Shown in pieces: positions 35,757 to 43,412 of a stretch of 64,000 nucleotides of DNA. The notes beneath the pieces were generated by a model that worked only from the letters and a program-made list of their open reading frames with translations, made no database searches and was not told the DNA's origin. Location of the stretch: positions 486 through 64,485 of the forward strand of contig JBKPOW010000052.1 of assembly GCA_046733275.1 (NCBI GenBank), given 5' to 3'. Within the stretch, counting starts at the first letter, position 1; each line of letters begins with the position of its first letter. The translations under genes were made by a program, and so were the position numbers. The DNA comes from Actinomycetota bacterium (lineage in GTDB: Bacteria > Actinomycetota > Thermoleophilia > Solirubrobacterales > 70-9).

Positions 35757-38218
35757 AGACCGTCAAGGCAGGGTTCGCCACCGCGATAGCCGCCGCGGCG
35801 CTGCTCTCGGCGATCGCCGTCCCCGGTGCGGACGCAGAAGTGCTCTACCAGAAGACCGACCTGCTGGTGCCGACGAATGCTTATTTCCCGAGCGGCATGG
35901 ACATCGACCACTCGACTGGTGATCTTTATGTGGCGGGGGTTCACCAAGGCCTTCACCGCTTCAGTCCCGATCGGGTCGAAACCACCTACGGGCCCGCAAT
36001 CGACTTCAAGTCGGTAGCGGCGGCGCCGGAGCATAAGTCCTTCGGGCTGACCGCGAAAACGACCAGGATGATTGCGTTGGACGCCTCAGGCAACCAGACT
36101 GCCTCCTTCGGCGTAGGTGGCTCGCCCGGCGATATCGGCACCGATGCCGCCGGCAACGTCTTCGTGCCCGCCCCGGCCGCCATAACCAACGAGCAGCAGA
36201 CGCTGACGATCAGCGCGACCGGCGGCACCTACACGCTCAGCTTCGAAGGGCAGAGCACGGGCACGATGTCATTCGATGCCAGCGCGGAAGAAATTCAAAC
36301 TGCCCTGGAAGGGCTCTCGCCGATCGGCGCCGGCAACGTCGAAGTCAGCGGCAGGACCATCACCTTCCAAGGCGTGCTCGCTGGCATCGACGTACCCGAG
36401 CTCACCGCCGACACTTTGCTCTTGACCGGCGGCTCGCTGAAAGTCGAAACGACCGTGATCGGCTCGACCTATCCCCTCGCGGGCGTGCGCGAGTTCAGCC
36501 CCACCGGCACCCTGAAGCAGGTGATTGACTGCAGCGCCTGCCCCGCGCCGGCTGAATTCAGCAAACCCGCGGCGGTCGACTTCGACGCAGACGGCAACAT
36601 GTATGTGGCAGATTCCGGTGGAGCGCGCGTGATCAAGTTCGTCGCATCGGCCGGCGATCCGACCGATTACACCTCTGTGCCGCCGGAGGTCTTCAGCACG
36701 GGCGCCTCGGTAGCTGTAGCGGTGGACCGCTCCAACGGCGATGTCTTCATCGGTGGAGACGACGGCAGTGGCTATCACGTCACCGGATACCACTCCGATG
36801 GAGTCAAGTTCACCGATTTCGGTCTTGGTGAGCTCGACAACCTGGGCGAACTGGCCGGCGAATTCTTTGGCATGTTGCCCGACCAGCTCGCGGTCGATCC
36901 GCAGACCGGCCACGTCCATGTCGATGACATCAACTTCAGTGGGGAAAGCCGTATCTGGGAGTATGCCCCCGTTCTCGCTCCAACCGAGAGCCCTCTACCG
37001 GCAAGTGGCATCACCCAGGACACTGCCACCCTCAACGCCACGGTCAACCCAATGGGCGACACGGTCATCGCCTGCCACTTTGAATATGGCCTCGACACGA
37101 GCTACGGCCAAAGCACCGAGTGCGCCGACTACCCGGGCTTTGGCACCGACCCGGTCGGGGTAAGCGCCGACATTGGTGGCCTGGCCCCAAACACCACCTA
37201 CCACTACCGAGTGGTGGCCACCAACGCGGCGGGCACGAGCGAAAGCACAGATGAAGAATTCACGACCCTGGTAGAGAAGCCGATCGTCTCGACTGGATCC
37301 GCCTCCGCGATCAGCGCAACCGCAGCGACGATCTCAGGCTCGGTAGATCCCAAAGGCAGCGCGACCAGCACCTGCCATTTCGAATACGGCACCACCACCG
37401 CCTATGGCAGTCAGGCCCCCTGTCCCACCGACCCCGGAGAAGGCCAGGGAGCCGTAGGGGAGTCCCTCCCCGTCAGTGGCCTGGCCCCCAACACCACCTA
37501 TCACTACCGCCTGGTGGCTGAGAACCCAGGCGGGACTTCCCGGGGGGCCGACGGCTCCTTCAAGACCCTGCCCAGGGCACCGGGCACGAGCACCGGATCG
37601 GCCTCTGACCTGACCCCGACCACCGCAAAGGTCGCAGGCTCGATCGATCCTCAGGGGGTGCAGGCCTCCTACCGCTTCGAATACGGCACGACTCCGTCCT
37701 ATGGTCAAAGCAGCCCCGCGGGCGGTGCCGGCGGCCAAGGAGCGCAAGCGGTGGCGGTTTCCCTGGCATCGCTCAAACCCTCGACCACGTACCACTATCG
37801 CCTCATTTCAAGCAACGCGGGCGGCGCTACCCAAGGTGCCGATCGGACATTCACCACTCAAGCACGCCCCAAGGGCAGGTTGATATTGCCCGCCACTGCG
37901 GTGCTCAGAGGCAAAAAGGCGGCGGTCCCGCTCGAGTGCAGAGGCGCCAAGATTGCTATCTGCGAAGGCACCCTGACCCTGCGCGCCAGGGTGAAACAGG
38001 GAATTCGCTTGACCTTGGTCCAGATCGGTCAGGCGGCTTTCCAGGTCGACGGCGATGAGACCAAAGCGGTCTCGGTCACCCTCAACGGCAACGGCAGGAA
38101 AGCCCTTGCCGGCACAGACGGAAAAGCGCTTAGAGCAATCGCTTCTGCCGACGGCCACAACCGCGAAGTGCGCATTTCCCCGCGCGCAAAACGCAGCAAG
38201 CATGCGAAGAAGCGCTAG
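35753..38218 (+). CDS. Secreted NHL-repeat plus 3x FN3-like (HFEYG..APNTTYHYR) protein, basic tail
   Basis: ATGA overlap with the previous gene. Signal peptide AAALLSAIAVPGADA. There are three tandem domains of about 95 aa, ending PRAKRSKHAKKR. Confidence 0.8.
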   Translation: MKTVKAGFATAIAAAALLSAIAVPGADAEVLYQKTDLLVPTNAYFPSGMDIDHSTGDLYVAGVHQGLHRFSPDRVETTYGPAIDFKSVAAAPEHKSFGLTAKTTRMIALDASGNQTASFGVGGSPGDIGTDAAGNVFVPAPAAITNEQQTLTISATGGTYTLSFEGQSTGTMSFDASAEEIQTALEGLSPIGAGNVEVSGRTITFQGVLAGIDVPELTADTLLLTGGSLKVETTVIGSTYPLAGVREFSPTGTLKQVIDCSACPAPAEFSKPAAVDFDADGNMYVADSGGARVIKFVASAGDPTDYTSVPPEVFSTGASVAVAVDRSNGDVFIGGDDGSGYHVTGYHSDGVKFTDFGLGELDNLGELAGEFFGMLPDQLAVDPQTGHVHVDDINFSGESRIWEYAPVLAPTESPLPASGITQDTATLNATVNPMGDTVIACHFEYGLDTSYGQSTECADYPGFGTDPVGVSADIGGLAPNTTYHYRVVATNAAGTSESTDEEFTTLVEKPIVSTGSASAISATAATISGSVDPKGSATSTCHFEYGTTTAYGSQAPCPTDPGEGQGAVGESLPVSGLAPNTTYHYRLVAENPGGTSRGADGSFKTLPRAPGTSTGSASDLTPTTAKVAGSIDPQGVQASYRFEYGTTPSYGQSSPAGGAGGQGAQAVAVSLASLKPSTTYHYRLISSNAGGATQGADRTFTTQARPKGRLILPATAVLRGKKAAVPLECRGAKIAICEGTLTLRARVKQGIRLTLVQIGQAAFQVDGDETKAVSVTLNGNGRKALAGTDGKALRAIASADGHNREVRISPRAKRSKHAKKR

Positions 38219-38981
38219 GGCTCTTTCCCTGGCCGCTGCGCTGGCGATCGCCGTGGTGGCGATTGCCGGCGCCGAGGTGGGCCAGCAAGGCAACCTGCGG
38301 GTCGCCTTCGAAGGCAAGATCACCCCCCACGCCCTGCCGAGGAACAAAGAGGTGCCGGTCGCGGTCTCCTTCAGTGGCCGCATCACCACCACCGACAACA
38401 GCGAACCTCCGCCGCTTCGAACAATCCGCCTGGCGATCAACAGAAACGGCCACATCGACTACAAGGGCCTGCCCAAATGCCGCTACAACCGCATTCAGCC
38501 CTCGAACAACCACGAGGCGCTCGAGGCCTGTCGTTCCTCCTTCGTCGGCATGGGGCACTTCTCGGCCAAGGTGCTGTTGCCAGAACAATCCCCCTTCCCC
38601 TCGGAGGGCAAGGTCTTGGCCTTCAACGGCGAAATGCTCCAGCACCCGGTCATCTTCGCCCACATCTATGGCACCAGGCCGGTGGCCACGTCCTTTGTGC
38701 TCCCCTTCGTCGTCCGTCATTCAAATGGGCGCTACGCCACCACCCTCGTTGCCTACCTGCCCAAAGTGGGCGTTAAATGGGGCTTCGTCACCGCTGTCAG
38801 CTTGAAGCTGCAGCGCACCTTCGAGCTGAACGGCCGCACCCATAGCTACCTCTCCGCTGCTTGCAGCGCTCCCGATGGCTTTCCCGGCGCCATCTTCTCC
38901 TTCGCCAAAGCCGAATTCGCCTTCGCCGAAAACCGGACCGTATCGACGCCTTTGACCCGCAGCTGCAAGGTGCGGGACTGA
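38202..38981 (+). CDS. Secreted 259-aa protein homologous to the Cys-pair module of the 32334..35756 product
   Basis: 17-nt overlap with the previous gene. Signal peptide LAAALAIAVVAIAGA. LRVAFEGKITPHALPR..LPKCRYNRIQ..ACRSSFVGMG..EGKVLAFNG. Confidence 0.7.
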   Translation: MRRSARALSLAAALAIAVVAIAGAEVGQQGNLRVAFEGKITPHALPRNKEVPVAVSFSGRITTTDNSEPPPLRTIRLAINRNGHIDYKGLPKCRYNRIQPSNNHEALEACRSSFVGMGHFSAKVLLPEQSPFPSEGKVLAFNGEMLQHPVIFAHIYGTRPVATSFVLPFVVRHSNGRYATTLVAYLPKVGVKWGFVTAVSLKLQRTFELNGRTHSYLSAACSAPDGFPGAIFSFAKAEFAFAENRTVSTPLTRSCKVRD

Positions 38982-38999
38982 GACTGGCGGCTTAGGACG

Positions 39000-39745
39000 G
39001 CGCTAAGACCAGCTCGGGCGGATTCCGCCTGAGTGAATCGCTGGGCATACGCCGTCGGACGATTCCCCGGGGGTCTCGCCGCTCGTGTCTGGGTAGGTTG
39101 TCTCCATGTCCGGCGAAGCGCGTTGCGAGTCGAGACTGAAGCGTCCCTCACCGCCATCGTTGCCGAGCGTGTCTACGCGGGCGTTGAGCTCGCCGACGTG
39201 TTGGCGGCCGCGGGCACAGCGGAGGCAGGCTTCTCACCACGTCGGCCGCCTTGACGGTGGGGAATGCCCGTGAGGCCAAAAACAGGCGAGTGATCGTCGA
39301 GCATGTTGAGGATCTCCGCGCGTCCTCCTGTGGCGGGGGCCAGTGGGTGACGTCGGCCTGCCACATCTCGTTGGGCAGCTCGGCTTCAAAGCGAAGGAGC
39401 GAGGAGCGCGGGCGCTGCGCTCGGCCAGGTGGTAGGCGATCGTCGCCGCTCCGCAGTCGTGGCCTTCCTTGCTCAGCTGTCTGCGCAGGGCGACGATCGC
39501 ATCGGCGAGCTCGGCAGAGGTCCCGTTCGACGAGCTGCGCGGCGCCCTGGAGCGGCGCTCCAGGGCGCCATACCCGCCCGCCCTGTAGCGGGCCAGGAGC
39601 TTGTAGATCCAGCTGCGATGGACTCCGTGCGCCGCCGCCAGCTCGCTGACTGGGCGGCCCTCAACAGATGCGCCTCCACCAGATACCGCGCCTTGTCCCA
39701 CAGGAGAGCTCCCCTCATTGGAGATCCTCCCCCCGTAATTCCTGA
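39000..39745 (-). mobile_element. IS481-family transposase remnant (N-terminal HTH through the DDE core), with multiple frameshifts and a deletion
   Basis: GRPVSELAAAHGVHRSWIYKLLARYRAGGYGALERRSRAP, FEAELPNEMWQADVTHW and EILNMLDDHS, spread over three frames. Confidence 0.7.
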
Positions 39746-39759
39746 GATTCAGATGGAGA

Positions 39760-40330
39760 GGCCGAGCGCAGCGAGGCCGCCGCAGAATCCCTGGAAGCAC
39801 AGAGAGCCGGCGCCGAGCGCGATGCTCGCCGGGCCGTGGCGCGCGGGCTGGTGGCCGCGCTCGACGCAAAGATCAGAACCGCCCTGATGGCCCACCCGGA
39901 CGCCGAAGTCTTCGCTCCCCTGTTCCGCAGCGCCAAGACGACGATCTGCCCGGCGACTCTGATCGCTGAGATCGGTGACCGCAGGGGCCGCTACCCCACC
40001 GAGGCCGCGCTGGCGGCCGACGCAGGAATGAGCCCGGTCGCGCTGGAGTCGGGGAAGATGCGCGTCGCGACCTTCAGGCGCGCCTGCGACAAGCGGCTGC
40101 GAAAAGCCGTCACAGTCCTCGCCGACTCCACCCGCCACTGGCATCCGTGGGCCAAGGACGTCTACGAGCGAGCCCGGGCCAGAGGCTAGGACCATCCGCA
40201 CGCGACCCGCACCCTGGGGCGCGCCTGGATCAGGGTTCTGTGGCGCTGCTGGCAGGACGGAGTGCCCTACCTCCCGTCCTTGCACGGGAACCTGGGATTC
40301 GGTGTCTCCTATGTCCTGACACAGGTGTCG
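39760..40330 (+). pseudogene. IS110-family (DEDD) transposase, C-terminal half only, with an in-frame TAG at 40187
   Basis: TLIAEIGDRRGRYPTEAALAADAGMSPVALESGK..RRACDKRLRKAV..WAKDVYERARARG*DHPHATRTLGRAWIRVLWRCWQDGVPY. Confidence 0.75.
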
Positions 40331-40351
40331 CTTATGTGGTGGAAACCGGAC

Positions 40352-40470
40352 ACCATCAGCCGCTTCGCTTCGAATCCCCTGCACTTCGGCGGGTTGGCCC
40401 TCCGGGAGGAAATCAACCATCCTGTCGCCTCCATTTTGGGCATTAGTGCCCGAAATGACGCGGATGCCAC
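40352..40470 (+). repeat. Module D: last 12 nt of the tRNA-like core, spacer, R-type box with GGGCATTAGTGCCC palindrome
   Basis: CCATCAGCCGCTTCGCTTCGAATCCCCTGCAC aligns with 23748-23780. Palindrome at 40438-51. Confidence 0.6.
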
Positions 40471-40572
40471 CTAGATTGGGCGCGCCGCAGATCCTCCCTC
40501 AGGTTCCTGAGCGTGAAGGCACGGTGCAATCCTATGGCACCCTTTCAGCCGCTTTACTTCGCGCCGCGAGGG

Positions 40573-41034
40573 CTAGCTCGCCTCTATCACCACGACGGTG
40601 CCCTGCATTTCTGGGTGGATCGAGCAGATGTAGGTGTATTCGCCCGGGGTCTTGAAGCTCTCCGAGCCCAGCTTCCCTTCGTCGAGGATGCCGGTGTCGA
40701 AGCTGCCGTCATCTGCGGTCGCGGTGTGAGGGGCCGAGTCGCGGTTGATCCACGTCACCTTGCCGCCTTCCTCGACGGTGACCGGGTCGGGGTCGTAGGC
40801 AAAGTCGGCGATCTCGACTTTCGCCGAGCGCTGCGCGTTGCCGCTCGGCGCCTTTTCGGCTTCTTCACCCGATGCCGGTTCTTCGCTTCCCGTCGCTTCT
40901 TCGGTTTCGGCGGCCGGAGGCGTTCCGGTATCCGCGCCGCCGGCATCGTCATCGTCGTCGCCGCAACCGGCGACCCCAAGCGCGCCGATGGCAGCACAGG
41001 TCAGAAACAGGAGAACCAGCCGTTTTGTCTGCAT
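40573..41034 (-). CDS. Cupredoxin (plastocyanin/amicyanin-like) lipoprotein with an acidic linker
   Basis: Lipobox LGVAGC. Type-1 copper ligand pattern APH...YICSIHPEMQG. Confidence 0.85.
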   Translation of the reverse strand: MQTKRLVLLFLTCAAIGALGVAGCGDDDDDAGGADTGTPPAAETEEATGSEEPASGEEAEKAPSGNAQRSAKVEIADFAYDPDPVTVEEGGKVTWINRDSAPHTATADDGSFDTGILDEGKLGSESFKTPGEYTYICSIHPEMQGTVVVIEAS

Positions 41035-41136
41035 TGGCCCGTCCTACCCCTTTGGGCGGTAGCGAATCACGATCGGGGCGGGCAGGTTCGCTGCACCCGC
41101 GTACGATCGAGGGGAAACCTATCGAGGAGGAAGGAA

Positions 41137-41547
41137 ATGGCCACTGCGACTTCCGTTGTCCACGGCGTCGACTTCGTTTCTATCCCGGTGACCGACCTGG
41201 AGGCATCGGAGCGGTTCTACCGCGAGGTGCTCGGCATGCGGCCCTCGAAGCGCTGGCAGCGCCCCGGGCAGGAGGCGATGGGCGCCGAGTTCGAGCCCGG
41301 AACGGTGACCCTGGGACTGATCGATTGCGCGAAGATCGGTATCGAGTTCCAGCCGATGAAGGTGCCGATCGCGCTCCATGTCGACGACTTCGAGGCCGCC
41401 AAAGCCGCGCTCGAGGAACGCGGCGTCGAGTTCCGGGGCGAGACGATCGACAGTGGCGTCTGCAACATGCTCGCCTTCGCCGACCCCGACGGCAACGCCT
41501 TGATGATCCACCACCGCTACGCCCCCAAGGACGCCAGACCGACCTGA
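41137..41547 (+). CDS. VOC/glyoxalase-family protein
   Basis: The ATG follows GAGGAGGAAGG. VDFVSIPVTDLEASERFYREVLGM and FADPDGNALMIHH. Confidence 0.8.
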   Translation: MATATSVVHGVDFVSIPVTDLEASERFYREVLGMRPSKRWQRPGQEAMGAEFEPGTVTLGLIDCAKIGIEFQPMKVPIALHVDDFEAAKAALEERGVEFRGETIDSGVCNMLAFADPDGNALMIHHRYAPKDARPT

Positions 41548-41587
41548 GCGGCAGGCCACTTCCCAGCGGCTACCCTTTGCTCGGCAC

Positions 41588-41658
41588 GGCGCCTTGGCGG
41601 AGTGGCTACGCAGCGGCCTGCAAAGCCGTTTACACCGGTTCGATTCCGGTAGGCGCCT
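41588..41658 (+). tRNA. tRNA-Cys (anticodon GCA)
   Basis: Hand-folded: acceptor GGCGCCT/AGGCGCC, D arm GCG-9nt-CGC, anticodon arm GCGGC-CTGCAAA-GCCGT, T arm ACCGG-TTCGATT-CCGGT. Confidence 0.9.
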
Positions 41659-41741
41659 TTGGACGGCGGGGGCTGATGGAACTTTTTGAACTCAGGAAGA
41701 GAATCCACTTAGTTTTTAATTAACTCTCTAGCCTTTCCGAA

Positions 41742-43412
41742 ATGGTAGGGTGCCCGCCCGTGGAGGCGGCGATAGACGAAGGCGGCGTGGTCGGCTGCGG
41801 CGCGTTCTTCGATGCCGATGCGGAGTCGGCCAGCCTGCGTCGCTTCCTCGTTGGGCTGGATACGGCACCGCAGCTTATGGAGCGGGCGGAGATCGAAAGT
41901 GAGCTGAACGACCCTCTCGCCGCTCTCCTCTTTCGCCAGGGCGTTTTCCCGAGCACCGCCGAGGGCGTGCTGGCCGAGCTCGATCTCAAGATCGGCACCG
42001 ATCACCCGCTCTCTTTGAGCACGCAGCGATCGTTTGTCGTCGGCGAGGGGACGCAAATCGCCAAGGATCGCTCCGCAACCTTCAATCGCAATATCCGGTT
42101 CCTCGTCACTCGCGGCCGAGGTGGGCCCGACGGGCCCGATCTGATGATCAGCACCTTCCGGCCCAACAGCACCAGCATCGAGGTGATGGCCTGGGACCCC
42201 CAGAACGGGGGCTTCAACTTCTACCGGACCATTCCCGGCGCGGTGGGCAGCTGGGCCTGGGCGGGCAACTCGCGACATGCCTGGGAGGAGGGGACCCGTT
42301 CGAGCGGGCCGTTCGAGAGTCACCCGACCGGAAACCTGCTCTTCAAGGAGTTCAAGCTCCCCTGGGTGCACTGGCACTCGTCCAAGGCGATCATCGACAA
42401 GCTCGATTTCCCGGCCGCCGACGACATTGCGGAACACAGTTGGTTCACCGCGAAGGAAAACGCCTACGTGCTCGAGGACTCGGTGGCAAAGCTGGCCATA
42501 ACGCGGTGGAATCGCACCCGCCTCGGCCAGGTGCTTGACGCTGGGGCGATCGAGGAACCGACGCAGGTGATGGAGCGCATCGTCGGCTCGCCTGCACCGC
42601 GCCGCCACACCGTGAACCTGGTCTCCAGCGAGGACACCCAGCCGGCCCTGGCGGGCATCGAGGCGGTGAGGCTGCCGAAGTCGTTCTTCGTCGACGTCGA
42701 CGGCCTGTCAGGCGTGCTCGACCTTCCATTCCCGAAAGAGCCCTTCGAGGTCTCGGCCGACGTATATCGGTCGATCTTGAGCGAGTTCGACGTCACCGTC
42801 AGCAGCGACGATGGGGGTTTCTCGCGGCCCGGGGACACGCATTTTCTCTTCGTCGTCCCCGAGCGGGCGTTCGAGGACACCGAGTTCGTCCGGCAGCTCG
42901 TCAAACCTGACGGGGGTGCCGGCGAGCGCGATCTCGGCCTGGTCTCGGAACGGTTGGTCGGCTGCCTGCTGATGGTCGACTTCCCCAACCCGGTCTTCTC
43001 CGAGCGGCGGGCGTCGCTGCGCAGGCACCTGCCGGCCGGCCCGCTGCCTGCCTCCGAGTGGGGAGGATTCGCCGAGACGTTCGGCAATGCGATCGCTGCC
43101 GCCGCGACCGGTACCAACCCAGAACCGGCCGAGCTTGAGTTTGCCGAGCTCTGGAACCTCAAAGACGACGGCTGGCGTGACGCGGCGAGCCAGCGCCTCG
43201 AAAGCTACTACGCCGCGCTTGCCGCTCGACTGGGATCGGCGGACGACTTCAAGCAGATCTTCATGCTGGCCGAGGCGCGGCGCAATCGTGTTCGCGAGAT
43301 GCCGATCAACGAGACGTCGCTGCTCTTTGCGGAAACCTCAATACCGCCTGAGGACATCGTTGGCCTGGCGATGAACCCCGACGGCACGGTCGAGCAGAGG
43401 GACTCGGCGTGA
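41742..43412 (+). CDS. Hypothetical 556-aa protein, no domain recognised
   Basis: Protein-like composition, e.g. WDPQNGGFNFYRT and ESHPTGNLLFKEFKLPWVHWHS. The stop overlaps the next start (GTGA). Confidence 0.7.
   Translation: MVGCPPVEAAIDEGGVVGCGAFFDADAESASLRRFLVGLDTAPQLMERAEIESELNDPLAALLFRQGVFPSTAEGVLAELDLKIGTDHPLSLSTQRSFVVGEGTQIAKDRSATFNRNIRFLVTRGRGGPDGPDLMISTFRPNSTSIEVMAWDPQNGGFNFYRTIPGAVGSWAWAGNSRHAWEEGTRSSGPFESHPTGNLLFKEFKLPWVHWHSSKAIIDKLDFPAADDIAEHSWFTAKENAYVLEDSVAKLAITRWNRTRLGQVLDAGAIEEPTQVMERIVGSPAPRRHTVNLVSSEDTQPALAGIEAVRLPKSFFVDVDGLSGVLDLPFPKEPFEVSADVYRSILSEFDVTVSSDDGGFSRPGDTHFLFVVPERAFEDTEFVRQLVKPDGGAGERDLGLVSERLVGCLLMVDFPNPVFSERRASLRRHLPAGPLPASEWGGFAETFGNAIAAAATGTNPEPAELEFAELWNLKDDGWRDAASQRLESYYAALAARLGSADDFKQIFMLAEARRNRVREMPINETSLLFAETSIPPEDIVGLAMNPDGTVEQRDSA

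Noticed and set aside
27642-39745. The two IS481 pieces as halves of a single transposase gene split by insertion of the 11-kb cassette.
   Set aside because: - The left piece is bounded on its inner side by a repeat-family fragment (28130-85), not by cassette sequence.
- The right piece already extends through the DDE core.
- The junctions do not give a clean complementary split, so these are more likely two independent truncated copies.
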